This document shows positions 36,801 to 48,804 of a stretch of DNA of 60,000 nt, piece after piece. The position numbers and the translations under genes were made by a program. The stretch's first letter is position 1; each line of letters begins with the position of its first letter. A model generated the notes under the pieces. That model ran no database searches, was not told the DNA's origin, and saw only the letters and a list, made by a program, of their open reading frames with translations. This DNA is from Felis catus (lineage: Eukaryota), in NCBI RefSeq assembly GCF_018350175.1, contig NC_058368.1, positions 90,336,001 to 90,396,000 of the forward strand, given 5' to 3'.

Positions 36801-37396
36801 CTTAAGTCTTTTTATTGTACAAAATTTCCAGTATCACAGCCAGAGCATGTAGTACATCCCCATGCACCTGTAAACCCAGCTTTAACTATTATGAGCACAG
36901 CCAGTAGAATCGGTGCTATTAAATGAAAATGCACTGGCAAATGTGTTTAATTACATTATATAATTAAGTCTGTTATTCTAAGATGTCCTTCCTCTACCAT
37001 TTGGTTTTGGGGGTCTCCCCTCTTGGGGTCCATTATAAGCACATCTGTTCACAAGCTTCAGGGCAGAACACACAGAAGCCCCCAAAACCCCTGTTTACTT
37101 CTGACACTTCTAGAAGGGAGAAATCTGTATTTCCCCAAAAGAAAATCCAACTGCAGTGGAAGAAATTATTCTTTTCACATGGTGGTTTGGAAGCTGTAGA
37201 AAGGAACCCCGCAGCGTGTTTTTCTTTCCTGTTTTCTCCACTCCACCCCCTCCAGCCCTCCGTGTAAGCAGAATTGGCCAAGGATCAGACGGACTTCCTG
37301 CATCTCACCCTGGCACCCCCCCCCCCCCCGCCCCCGTGAGTACCTGCCTGAGCCAGGAACAGGCTTATCATTCAGACCCCTTCGTCCTCTCCCCAG

Positions 37397-37682
37397 GGGC
37401 CCTGGTGGATCAAGGCATCTTTGAAGAGCTGACGAGAGACTTCCTGCCCCAGCTCTCCGAGAAGATGCAGGACCTGGGGGTGATTTCCAGCATCTCACTC
37501 TCCTGGTTCCTGACCCTCTTCCTCAGCGTCATGCCCTTCGAGAGCGCTGTGGTCATTGTTGACTGCTTCTTCTACGAGGGCATCAAGGTGATCCTGCAGG
37601 TGGCCTTGGCCATCCTGGATGCCAACATGGAGCAGCTACTGGGCTGCAGCGACGAGGGCGAGGCCATGACCGTCCTGGGCAG
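37397..37682 (+). CDS. TBC1D9B: TBC1D9B exon 12 (286 nt)
   Basis: [19 protein letters not shown]...[27 protein letters not shown]...AMTVLG; donor AG|GTGAC. Confidence 0.96.
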
Positions 37683-38934
37683 GTGACCGAGCCGGACTCC
37701 CTCCTCCTGCGGGGTTGCTGGCCGGCACCCCCACGGGTGGCAGAACCTGACCCCTCAGCAGCCCTGGGCATGCCTCACTCAGCATTCAGTGATGTGCCCA
37801 CCAAGCACACTCCAAGTGGCAGGGGACAGCCTCTTTTCTGATGGGAGACAGAATGGCACTGGGCAGTGATAGCTCTGGGAGCAGATAAAATGGGTGGTGG
37901 ACCAGAGCACACTGGGCTGGAGGACCTGGGGGGGCAAAAGGCAGCTGGAACAGCATGGCCTCCAGCCTCTAGCAAAGGCTGAGCGTCTGCTCTTCTCTCA
38001 AAGCAGTCCTGATGGCTCCTTCCCCAGCTCAGCAACCTCACTCCCCATCACCTTCGCCTAGATGGAGGGTCCCATGCTGGGCTTGCTCTAACCACTGTCA
38101 CCTAAGACCCAGAGTCATCCTGGCCACCACCTCCTCCCGCAGCCCCTGCAGCCCATCCTCGTAGACTCTCTGTGATCCAGCCCCTCTTCTCCACCCGTAC
38201 CGTCTCCGTGCACGCGCACAGTACCCCTGCCCTGGGCCCTGGGCCCTGGGCCTGCTTCGTTACTGTTTTCCCTGCTCCAGCCCCACCCACCAGCACCCAC
38301 AGGGCTCTCCTCAGAGTCTGACCTTGTGGCTCCCCATGCCACTATAGTAGTTGTCCTCTGGACAAAGGAGCTGAGTCCCCCAGCCTGGCCCTCAAGCCCC
38401 TTAAACCCAGAACCCCACCCCCCCAGCCCTGGCCTCACACCGGCCCGGGCCCACATGCTGGCCATGTGTCTGTGTCCATCCTGGAACACTCCTGGCCACC
38501 CAGGCCTGCCAAGGACGCCGCCACCTGCCCACTGAGCCAGCCCAGGAAGATGTCATCCCTCCATCTGGGGCAAACCTTTCTCCTAGTGTGCTAGGATCTG
38601 GGCTTAAAAAGGGCCCCCATGCAGGGGACCCCCAGAGGACAGCCTGGCTTCCCAGAATTAGTGCTCAGGCCCCATGAGAGGCGAGAGGCGAGGCCTCTCT
38701 GCCGCCTCCAGGGGGATCCTGGATTTTCCAGGACATCCTCTGGGGCATGGCTTTCCCCTCCCCTGCTGCAGAGTCATTGGCTCATCTCTTGCCCTCCTGG
38801 AGGCTGCCCCCTCCTCAGCACACTTGTTTATTAATTGGGAGTCTAGGCAAAATAGGTCCCTCCACATCACTTAGTAGGTAAGACATCCCTGTTGCCTGTG
38901 GGTGGGCCAACCTTCTGTTCTTTAATCCTTACAG

Positions 38935-39064
38935 ATACCTGGATAATGTGGTTAATAAGCAGAGTGTTTCTCCTCCTATCCCACACCTCCACGCCCTGCT
39001 GACTAGTGGAGATGACCCTCCCACAGAGGTGGACATCTTCGACCTCCTGAAGGTGTCATATGAG
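38935..39064 (+). CDS. TBC1D9B: TBC1D9B exon 13 (130 nt)
   Basis: ttacag|A TAC CTG; YLDNVVNKQSVSPPIPHLHALLTSGDDPPTEVDIFDLLKVSYE; donor |GTCAG. Confidence 0.94.
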
Positions 39065-39193
39065 GTCAGCACCCTCCAGGGCTGTCTGGCCAGCCTGCCC
39101 CACCCGGGCATGTGGGTGTGGGCGGCCGTGGCTGGTGGCAGTTCTCTGCTCTGTGGTTCTGCCTCATCTCACCGAATCACCTTTGGCCGGTAG

Positions 39194-39292
39194 AAATTCA
39201 GCAGCCTGAGGGCCGACGACATTGAACAGATGCGGTTTAAGCAGAGGCTGAAAGTGATCCAGTCCCTGGAGGATACGGCCAAGAGGAGCGTG
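39194..39292 (+). CDS. TBC1D9B: TBC1D9B exon 14 (99 nt)
   Basis: tag|AAA TTC; KFSSLRADDIEQMRFKQRLKVIQSLEDTAKRSV; donor |GTACGG. Confidence 0.93.
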
Positions 39293-40072
39293 GTACGGAT
39301 CGACTGGGCTCCAGTGGCCACAGGTTGCTGGCAGGGGTGGGGGCAGTGATCTAGGTGGGCTGCTCCTGCCCTGCTATCTCCTCACCTGCCCACAGGGCCA
39401 GGTGCAGAGCCCCCTAGTGCTGCCCTGTATGAGTCTGGATTCCAGGAGTGAAGGTGCAGATCTGGGGAGGTGGGAGAGGACTGGTCACTGTTCTGTGGTC
39501 ACGGTGTTCTGCTCCCAGGTTGATCACTGCAAAGCTCTGACACTTCAGAGCCTAAAGGCCAAGTGTCATCCTACTGTGGGCTGAGCCCTCCAGCCTGGAC
39601 TTGCACCTGCCCCTGGGTAGCAACATTCAGCCGCCCTCCACCCACCCAGCCCCCTGTGCCTCCCCTACAAGCCTTTGTCCTCCCCAGCTCTGGCGAGAGA
39701 ATTTACTGGCAGGTTCTAGGACGCCTGCCAAAAAGCCAGGGCCAGAGTCTTTCCAGAGATGCAGATAGCAGTCACTAAATGACTACCCCTCACCCTGTGT
39801 ACCTGACTGGGCATCAGGACAGACAGGCCTCCCTCCCCCCACCATGCTCACCACGGAGCTTGGAAAGCGTAGACTGAATAACAGGATAGGTGACCAGGGA
39901 TACTTGTGTGGTCCACACCTTCTTTCCTGAATGGGCTGCCATTGTGTGTGCTTGGCCAGCTGGCAACATTAAAAGGGTGATCTGTGTCTTAACCTTCATC
40001 CAACATGGGAATTCTATCAAAGAGCTAGAATTTGAGAATCCATCAGTACATCCTGTTTCTCTTTCCTTCTAG

Positions 40073-40141
40073 GTCCGAGCTATACCTGGGGACATTGGTT
40101 TCTCAATTGAAGAGCTGGAGGACCTTTACATGGTGTTTAAG
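40073..40141 (+). CDS. TBC1D9B: TBC1D9B exon 15 (69 nt)
   Basis: cttctag|GTC CGA; VRAIPGDIGFSIEELEDLYMVFK; donor |GTGAC. Confidence 0.93.
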
Positions 40142-40289
40142 GTGACAGCCTAGAGCAAGGGCAGAACCAGTCCCCTAAATGTGTCCTCGGTGCAGCAACC
40201 TCCTGCCAGAAGAGACATCAATTTAAAAATGTCCTCAGATGCAGTTACCACAAACCTCACATGGTAGAATTTAATTCTCCATGGAGTTT

Positions 40290-40720
40290 AGGCAGGATGC
40301 TTTCCTAAAGTGGCAGAAAGCCCACTCTAGTCAGCTTACACAAGAGGGAAAGCATTGGCTCATGTTACTGGAAAGTCTGGGAAATTCACAGCTTCAGGAA
40401 TGGCTGGATCCAGGTGCTTAAACATGCAGGCAGGTTTAAGAATGGCAGGACTGTCCTCAGAAGCTCCAGGGTCATCCTGTTCTCTCAAGGGAAAAAGCTT
40501 TTTCTTTCCAAGTAGTTTTAGCAAAAAGTCCAGAGTGAATTGTTGGACTCAAGTTAGGTGCTGTGGCTATAGGAGGGTTATTACTATTGAACCAAAACTA
40601 ACTAGGCCATGTGCCTGTCCCCCGCCCTGAGGATAGGACAGGAGGCGGTCTCCAAAAAGATTTCAGGTGCTGTTACCAGAAGGGGAAAAGTTGTGATGAG
40701 CAGGCAGAAACAACACAGTC
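40290..40720. mobile_element. MaLR (MLT1-type) LTR remnant
   Basis: ATTGGCTCATGTTACTGGAAAGTC...GCTTCAGGAATGGCTGGATCCAGG...GGTGCTGTTACCAGAAG. Confidence 0.6.
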
Positions 40721-41032
40721 CACACTTCTTGTTATTGGTTCCCATCTGCCTCTGGTTTACCAGCCAGGGTAGCCACTGTGATGAGCCTTCCAGTCAGAAC
40801 GGCCCAGTCGGTGCTACCTCTCACCCGCTATGTCTCAGTTCCTGCATGTGTGAACAAGAGGCTGGTGGTACCAATGTGGGAGGTTCCCTGCCGTGTCTGG
40901 CCTAGTGCTCCCCACCCCAGTGCCCTTCAGACTCAGACAGAAGAGGAGGGTGGACTCGCTGGCCAGCCTGGCGGTCCTAACCGCCCAGGCTCTGGGAGGC
41001 CAGGCCATCTCACCAGGCCGTGCCCTCCACAG

Positions 41033-41273
41033 GCCAAGCACCTGGCAAGTCAGTACTGGGGGAGCAGCCGCCCCACGGCTGTGCGTCGGGACCCCAGCCT
41101 GCCGTACCTGGAACAGTACCGTATCGATGCAGGCCAGTTCCGGGAACTCTTCGCCAGCCTGACACCCTGGGCCTGCGGCTCCCACACGCCTGTACTGGCG
41201 GGGCGCATGTTCCGGCTCCTGGATGAAAACAAGGACTCTCTGATCAACTTCAAGGAGTTTGTGACAGGAATGA
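41033..41273 (+). CDS. TBC1D9B: TBC1D9B exon 16 (241 nt; EF-hand)
   Basis: AKHLASQYWG...RMFRLLDENKDSLINFKEFVTGM; EF loop DENKDSLINFKE; donor A|GTGAGT. Confidence 0.95.
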
Positions 41274-41645
41274 GTGAGTAGCTCCAGGGCCCTTCCTCAA
41301 GAAGCCTCCAAATGCCAGCCCAGCCAGTCTTCCCATTGCAGCAAGATCCTTGATATAGAAAGGGCAGTTTTCCCATGGGGAACACGTAGGGGTCTAGTGG
41401 GGTCTTCTCCTCCACCCCTCCCTCAGGCCAGGGCTGCACAGGGTGGGTCCACAGAGCCTGAGAAGGGGAAAGCCCAGGGACAGTGGGAGACCTGGGGCTT
41501 GCTCCAGGGACCTCTCCAGGAGGGAGTCAGGGTATGAGGAGGGACACACCAGAACCCACTGGAAGGGGAGGTGCTCCAGTGTGGACTGGCCATGGGCTTT
41601 GGTGCCCTGTAGCCAGCATGCCTCCTCACTGGCCTTCCTCTGCAG

Positions 41646-41711
41646 GCGGGATGTACCATGGGGACCTGACCGAGAAGCTCAAGGCACTCTACAAGCTGCA
41701 CCTGCCCCCAG
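41646..41711 (+). CDS. TBC1D9B: TBC1D9B exon 17 (66 nt)
   Basis: GMYHGDLTEKLKALYKLHLPP; AG/GT boundaries. Confidence 0.93.
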
Positions 41712-43255
41712 GTGAGAGTCACCAGTGAGGGCCTCTCATGCATACAGGGTTGGGGCTGCAGTGTCCCAGGGCACAGGCCTCTGTGCGGTGCTGGGCCTAG
41801 GGGGCCTAGGCATCATAGAGGTTCCACATCCTGACAGAGTGGGAGGAGGAGGCCGGAGCACTGGGGTAGGGCCAAAACCTGACAGGGACTGTCTCAGAGG
41901 ACTCAGACCATGGGCAAGGACCCAGGTAAGACACAGGGAAGCTCCTGTCTGTCCCCTGAGGGTCAGCCTGGGAGCACTGCCAAGGCCCTCAGAATGGCCT
42001 GGGTAGCCCTGCTGTGCAGCCACAAGCAGGAGCTGCTCTCCCTTGGCTCCCGGGCCTGAGCCTGCCGGAGATGCTGACAGGCTGGATGGGATGAAGGGTG
42101 CCCAGCAGCCAGTCCTAAACCAGGCTGGATCCCACGGTCTCTGGGTTCCCACTGTGCAGGTAGAGCTCACCCAGCTCAGCAAAGGTAGCCACATGGAGAG
42201 TTCTCCAAGATGGGGAAATTGAGACTTGGGCAGGTGAGAATTCTAGCCCTGGGCCCTCTACCCTGGGGTAGAGCTACCTTGGGCCCCTGCTGTTGTTCAT
42301 TACCCGCCCTGGGGAGTCTGCGGTTGCCTCCGAGTAGGCCGAATGGTTTTTAGAACACTGTGCTGTGCTCACCCTAGAGGCTGTCACTTAATTGGCCCAG
42401 AATGCGGGTTTAAATCTCTCCCCCCTCAACCAGCGGGGGCGGGGGTGTTCTGAGCAGCCAGAGTTGGAAGGCCCTGCTCTTGACACAGGTATTCTCACCT
42501 GTGGCTGGTTTTCCCTGTAATTCAAAGAACAGTGGCCTCAGGGATGCCTCCGGGAAGGTTGATAGCAGCCAGCTCTGCCTCTACTGAGGGAAAGGCCTGG
42601 GCTGGGCAGACCCCACGGGGCCCGGATCCTACAGGTAGCACATGGGGCCACCTTCACCAACTCCTGAGCCACCTCTGCCTGCCCTGCTGCGTCCAGAGTT
42701 CCTGTGGACCTCGGTCCACACCCTGCCACCTCCCCCAAGTGCCACCTTTTCGACCCCCCATCATCACATCCCCGTCCATACAGTGGGGAGGATGAGACTC
42801 CTCCCCCAAGAACCATGTGAATCGGAAACCCAGGGGACTGCTTACTCACAAAGTAGTGGATGCTGACGTGGAACGATGCTGACATGGAACGAAGCCTGAG
42901 GTGCATCAGAGGGAAAAGCAAGTCGCTCATGCGTGGCTGGTCCCTGCACTTGTGTCTGAAGGATCCTCAGCACCGCACCATCAGGGCAGGAAGAGGGTTG
43001 CCGTTCTCCAGACTCCCAGATGCACTGCTGGGGTTTTTAGATGGGATACGTGTGACATTTTCAAACACAACATGCAAGTCAAGAAAGGAACAACAACCGT
43101 GATCAGTGGTCGCCATTAGCGCTACAACCACACCCCACATCATGGGCACCTGGTGCCCTGCGGGGAGCCAGGCCTCCTTCCAGGACTTGGGAGGTTTGCT
43201 TTGGTGAGTGCCATTGTTGTCTCCTGCCCTCACTTGCCTCTCTCTTTGAGTGCAG

Positions 43256-43327
43256 CCCTGAGCCCAGAGGAGGCAGAGTCAGCCCTGGAAGCGACCCATT
43301 ACTTCACAGAGGACAGCTCCTCAGAAG
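43256..43327 (+). CDS. TBC1D9B: TBC1D9B exon 18 (72 nt)
   Basis: LSPEEAESALEATHYFTEDSSSE; donor G|GTGAG. Confidence 0.92.
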
Positions 43328-43550
43328 GTGAGAGCTGGTGGCCCCGTGCTGTGGCCTTGGGCCTCGTAGCTGTGCAGCCTTGCTGTGGGGCCCACACAGG
43401 CGGCCTGCAGCCCTCAGTGGGCTTGGGGAGCGCCCTGTGTTGGGCAGGTCCCCGGGGGTGTTCTCACTCCTGTTTCTCTTGTCTCTGCCTTCCTGGACCT
43501 TGGCCTATTCCTCCCTCTCTCCTCCACCTCTCCTCCGCTGTCCCTTCCAG

Positions 43551-43601
43551 CATCTCCTCTGGCCTCAGATCTGGACATTTTCCTGCCCTGGGAGGCTCAA
43601 G
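43551..43601 (+). CDS. TBC1D9B: TBC1D9B exon 19 (51 nt, frame-preserving, probably alternative)
   Basis: Long pyrimidine tract, ttccag|CA TCT; SPLASDLDIFLPWEAQ; donor G|GTCAGT; symmetric phase 1-1. Confidence 0.85.
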
Positions 43602-44678
43602 GTCAGTCCCTGGGGGGGTCAGGGGCACCTGCTTTGTGCTGGGCTGTGTCTTCCTAACACTCTGCTGCATGGTCAGGAGGCCTGGACACGTTTGGTCCCG
43701 CTGAGGAGGACCCAGAACGAAGCTGCTGCTTACTGGGGGAGTTGAGGGGCAGTCTCCATGCTTGTCGAGGGGAGTAGTAAATGATGACACACAGCACAGT
43801 GGGCAGTGCACAGACACCAGGGCATCAGCTCCACAGCCACGTGCAGAAAGTATTCATTCCATCATCACATTCATAGGAAAAAGTATAGATGCCATCATCA
43901 CAACAGTGTGAAACGGATCAGCAGAGGTAGAGGAGGGTGGTGGACGCTTTCCCTAGAAAACGTTCTCTTGCTCTACACAACTTTTTCATTAAGGAGAAAT
44001 ACATTTGTTGAGTGCCTTTTTGAAGTCATTCCTGTTGCTACAGTTAGAGACCATTCTGGAGCATCAGATCCAGGGTGAAGGGGGCATTCTGGGCTTGGGA
44101 TTTGGCAGTGAGGCTGGTGGTACATAACGGATTTACAAAACCGACCAAAACCCCATCCTATAAGTTCCCATGGGAGACAATCCACACCTAAGAGAAATTA
44201 AAAACAGTGGGTATCAAGATGCCCAAGGCAGTCCTGCTGGTGGTGTCAAAAGGCTCTTTTGAACTTGAAATGAAGCTTGAGAACCTGAATTTCAAATACA
44301 CAGACTAAATAAGCAGATGTGTCTTCTGTTAGAATCTGAAAAATCAGGGGCACTTTAGGCTTTTCCCAAGTGCTTCCAGTTAAGGCCAGGGACTGAGGGT
44401 TCAGAGCCCTGTCCTCAGACCTCACATAGCCCCAGGCAGTGGGTCTCCATTCCGCAGTGAGAAGCCTGAGCCCAGAGAGGTGCACCCTTCCCCCCCACCA
44501 CACAGCACTGGGATGCTGCCGCCCACCAGTAGGTCCCTGGGATGCTGCCGCCCACCAGTAGGTCCCCGGCGGCCGTGCTGTCCTCAGGTCTGGGAGACTC
44601 CCCACATTCATGGTCCCCATAGGAAGCACAGTGCAGGCTGACTTCAGCAAATGTGTCACTTTAAGAAATACAGCGCAA

Positions 44679-44920
44679 GGGGCACCTGTGTGGCTCAGTC
44701 AGTTGAGCATCCGACTTCAGCTCAGGTCGTGATCTTGCAGTTCGTGAGTTCGAGCCTTGCATCATTGGGCTGGCTGCTGTCAGCCTGTAAGGGCAGAGCC
44801 CACTTTGGATCCTCTGTCCCACACTCTCCGCCCCTCCCCCACTTGCACTGTATCAAAAATAAATAAATATTAGAAAGAAAGAGAAAAAAAAAAGAAAAGA
44901 AGGAAAAAGAAAGAAAGAAA
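44679..44920 (+). mobile_element. Can-SINE with a long GA-rich tail
   Basis: TSD AAGAAATACAGCGC repeated. Confidence 0.85.
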
Positions 44921-45255
44921 TACAGCGCCAGGTACAGAACTCATGTCCATAAAATTCCTCATCAGCCAGTGTGGCAGTTGGTCATGGGTTGAACTGATAA
45001 TCAGGACTGCCCTCTGTTCGACCTTTTTCAACAGTAACTACAGAAATTAATTCTCGGGCTTTAACTCCGTAACGTGCATCATTGTTCACTTAAACACTTT
45101 GTGCATAGACCTGTATTCCTTTCGTAGAGAGGAAGGAGGGTTTGGAGGTGCTTTGGTTCTGCAGGAGAACAGACCAGACTACTCACAGGCCACCGTGGTC
45201 CACAGTCATAACTGCAAAACATTCTCTGCGTACTTTTTCTTTTCTGGTTGTCCAG

Positions 45256-45318
45256 AAGCACTACGGCAGGAAGAGCAAGAGGGAGGTGGAAATGAGGACG
45301 TCCAAGACAAAAAAGGAG
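45256..45318 (+). CDS. TBC1D9B: TBC1D9B exon 20 (63 nt)
   Basis: tccag|AA GCA; ALRQEEQEGGGNEDVQDKKG; donor G|GTATGT. Confidence 0.85.
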
Positions 45319-45895
45319 GTATGTGCTAGCCAGTCTTCGCCAGTACTGGTGCAGATCCCAGGGTCAGTGGGATCTGGGGGGCCCTCCCTGCAGGAGAGGC
45401 CCCCACCCAGGGAAACGGCAAACTCATGCCCGGCACCGCAGCCCTTCCTATGGAAAGGTGAATACTTGGCCCATTAGGTGCCAGGGGAGGCTATTCTCGT
45501 CAGCCCCAGGCCTGTCTTGTAGCTGTGAAAACCCCTCCCACTCCCCCTCCCCTGCTGTCACCACCTTCCTCTGGGGTGCCTGCTTTCTACCAGGATCCCT
45601 CTAGATGCCCAGCATCTCTCCCCCTTCTGCTTCCACGGGCTTCTGTCCCCATCTCAGGGAAGACAGGTGGAGGCCCTCTTCAGCTCAGGCCAAACCTAAT
45701 GTAGCAGAATAACTTAGGGGAGACACTTGGGTGTTCTGGAGTGTTCTTCCTATCCCTGCCTCCCCAAATACCAGGGGGGTTGGTAAAAGGACCCAGATAA
45801 CCCTATGCCAGATGACACCAAAACCCACCCACTGCCTGCTACCAGCCCCCAGCTGTTTCTCGAACTTGACAGATTTATTTTCTTCCAACTCGCAG

Positions 45896-46002
45896 AAGAG
45901 AAGGGGATCAGTCCTCCAGACTATCGCCACTACCTTCGCATGTGGGCCAAAGAGAAGGAGGTTCAGAAGGAGACGATTAAGGATCTTCCCAAGATGAACC
46001 AG
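45896..46002 (+). CDS. TBC1D9B: TBC1D9B exon 21 (107 nt)
   Basis: cgcag|AA GAG; EKGISPPDYRHYLRMWAKEKEVQKETIKDLPKMNQ; donor |GTAGG. Confidence 0.94.
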
Positions 46003-47075
46003 GTAGGCCCATTCAGAGCCCACAACAGACATTTCCAGGGCTGCCTCCCCACACACACCTGGCAGCTCCCCACCCTCCCTCCCAGCACTCTCTGTAGGGT
46101 GGAAATTCTCCTGCCAACGTCCAGCACCTGCTAGTCAGACAGCAGTCAGGGACAATTCCAGAAGGATAAGAGGCCAGTTGTTTCAGGGCCTTGTCCTGGG
46201 TGGTGTTTCCTGGTGATGATTTGCTCACATTTGATCAGTATCCGTGTACCAGAAAAGCAGTAAGGAAGGTTAGCCTCTGACACGCAGAGACTCACACAAT
46301 CCCGACTACGAGACAGCCTTATGGCACCCCTGCTTCTCCCAGGCCCCTCACAGGTGCCATGCACACGCAGGCCTGCTCCACCCATGGCCCACTGTTCCTC
46401 TGCTGGTCTCTGGGTCGGGAACCCGGCATCTTGCCAAGGGTCTTGCTGCCAGGGCCGCAGACATCTAACAAAAGGCAGCCTGACCACAGCCCTGCTCTTC
46501 CCAGAGGCATACCCTGCGATCTGGGCATTCTCTCACCCGCAGCCTGAAGAATAGGGTGCCCCGTAGAGATAGTAGAGGCACTATCCCGTTCTCAGGCAGG
46601 AGGCCTGAGTGTGTGGTGTGAGCCACCTGGAATCAGACCTCCCTACCCCCTCAACTGACCCAGGCTGTACGTGCCTTGTCCCCACCCTCTACTTTGATCA
46701 AAGATATAAAAAAACTCAAAGTGACTCCAAAACACACTGAAGAAGTCCCTGTAGCCACTGGGTTTGGAGTCACAATAAAAGTCAACCTGTCTCTGCTAGC
46801 AGAGTAGATGTAGGGACAGAGAAAGACTCCCAGTCCCTCTCTGAGCTGAAAGAAAGGCAGCTAGAAAAGAAAGCTATTCGAAGGCTGTGTGATACTGGTC
46901 AAGTCACTTTCCCTCTCTGAGTCTCAATGTCCCAGTCTGTGAAATGGGCGTGACAAGGCACAGATATGGAGACACCTAACAAGACAGCACAGCATGGGCA
47001 GTCTGGCTAACCCGAGGCCAGCCCAGCCCATCCTTTACCATCTCCCTGACCTTTTTCTCTGTCTCCCCTGAAAAG

Positions 47076-47762
47076 GAACAGTTCATTGAGCTGTGCAAGA
47101 CGCTTTATAACATGTTCAGTGAGGACCCCATGGAGCAGGACTTGTACCATGCCATTGCCACGGTGGCGAGCCTCCTACTCCGCATCGGCGAGGTGGGGAA
47201 GAAGTTTTCTGTGCAGCCGGGCAGGAAGCCCCAGGACGGTGCACCCGAGGAGGATGAGCTGCCCACCCCAGACCCCCCGCAGGACCTGGCCCCAGAGCTT
47301 CAGCCTCCAGCTGCGGGCGACCCCCAGGCCAAAGCCGGGGGAGACACCCACCTTGGGAAAGCTCCCCAGGAGAGCCAAGTGGTGGGCGAAGGGGGCAGCG
47401 GCGAGGGGAGGGGCTCCCCCCCCCAGCTTCTGTCCGACGACGAAACCAAAGACGACATGTCCATGTCCTCCTACTCGGTGGTCAGCACAGGCTCCCTGCA
47501 GTGTGAGGACCTGGCCGACGACACGGTGCTGGTAGGCGGGGAGGCCCGAAGCCCCCCAGCCATTGCCCGCTGTGGGGGCACCGTGGACACCGACTGGTGC
47601 ATTTCCTTTGAGCAGATCTTAGCCTCCATCCTGACGGAGTCCGTTCTGGTGAACTTCTTTGAGAAGAGGGTGGACATTGGACTCAAGATCAAGGACCAAA
47701 AGAAGGTGGAGAGACAGTTCAGCACCTCCAGTGACCTCGAACAGTCTGGACTTTCAGGCTGA
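47076..47762 (+). CDS. TBC1D9B: TBC1D9B exon 22 (coding part, 687 nt including TGA)
   Basis: aaaag|GAA CAG TTC; EQFIELCKTLYNMFSEDP...DWCISFEQILASILTESVLVNFFEKRVDIG...SGLSG*. Confidence 0.95.
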   Translation, partial: EQFIELCKTLYNMFSEDPMEQDLYHAIATVASLLLRIGEVGKKFSVQPGRKPQDGAPEEDELPTPDPPQDLAPELQPPAAGDPQAKAGGDTHLGKAPQESQVVGEGGSGEGRGSPPQLLSDDETKDDMSMSSYSVVSTGSLQCEDLADDTVLVGGEARSPPAIARCGGTVDTDWCISFEQILASILTESVLVNFFEKRVDIGLKIKDQKKVERQFSTSSDLEQSGLSG

Positions 47763-48389
47763 CGGGGACCTGGCTTGTCTCTCCTCCCCTCCTCCTCCTC
47801 CCTCCTGTTCTCTTTTCTCCTTAAGGACACACCCCTCCTGTTCTCCCCAGATGCAGTGAGTTGTAATCAAGGGGAAAACAAGGCTGAACAGCCACAGTTG
47901 GGCCCAGACAGAGGCTCCCAGCCCCTTCTTCCTGCCTGCCTGGTGGGACCCGCCTTGGTCCCCATGTAGTGTCAGAGGCTGTCCGTCCTGGCCTGCTCAC
48001 CCAGAGCCTCTGTGCCCCATGCTGTGGCCAGGCCACACCACGCCCTCCACCCCTGGGGAGGGTGGGGGTTCCCAAAGCTGTGTATTCGGTGGGGGGGGGG
48101 GGGGGCTTTCCTGCCATTTGGCACCAGGCAGGAGGTCACATGTCTATTGGGCATCAAAGTGGTGGGAACTTCAAGGTACTCTCTAGGAGCTCCTGAGCCT
48201 GATCCCCTGCTGAGGGACCCAGACAGAAAGTGTCTACCACACCAGGGCGAGTGCTGCACCGGCGTCACTCCGAATGCTCTTTCAGCACGTCAGCCTCACC
48301 ATTAACCTTAAAAGCACATCCCTCAGGTCCTGATATATTTCCTTGTATTCATTTCAGTTGGCTGGAAATCACACTGTGCTCAATGCCTT

Positions 48390-48395
48390 AATAAA
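48390..48395 (+). terminator. Proximal polyadenylation signal of TBC1D9B (AATAAA)
   Basis: AATAAA with upstream TGTA (48344-48347) and downstream TGTGTA (~48421). Confidence 0.7.
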
Positions 48396-48804
48396 TCCCT
48401 GAAAGAACTCGATACCATACTGTGTACAGAGCCTTCATGTAGCCTCAGCTACTGCTTGGGCTCCTGGCTTCTCAGGCAGGTGAGGGGCCAGGTCGTGTTC
48501 CAGAGGCTCTGGGCACTTAGACCCCCACAGGGATAGGGGTTCAAGGCTCCCAGGGAGATTGGGGACACAGAAGGTGTCTGACCTGGGCCAACAGGGTAAG
48601 CCCCGAGCTTCGTAGGTATAAGCAGCCTGAGTCCTGTGGGTGTAGGTGTGTGCACAGGCCTGGGCTGCAGCAAGCACTTGGGTTCAGGAAGCTGTTGTGG
48701 GGCCACAGGTGACAGGCTGAGCCATGAGCATCTCCTAGCTTTGCAGCAAGAGCTGATCATCAGTGTCTAGCGTCTGCCCTCCCCTACACGGAACAGCTCT
48801 CCGT

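Larger units (their letters stand above)
2008..47762 (+). other. TBC1D9B: TBC1D9B gene, coding span (22 coding exons, ~1257 aa Rab GTPase-activating protein: GRAM-GRAM-TBC-EF-hand)
   Basis: N-terminus [35 protein letters not shown] catalytic motifs IERDLHRS and YCQ; exon lengths sum to 3774 nt with consistent phases; adjacent to MRNIP as in other mammals. Confidence 0.97.

Noticed and set aside
42859..42892. 16-bp tandem duplication GATGCTGAC(G/A)TGGAAC
   Set aside because: Two-copy slippage in decayed intronic sequence; no further structure
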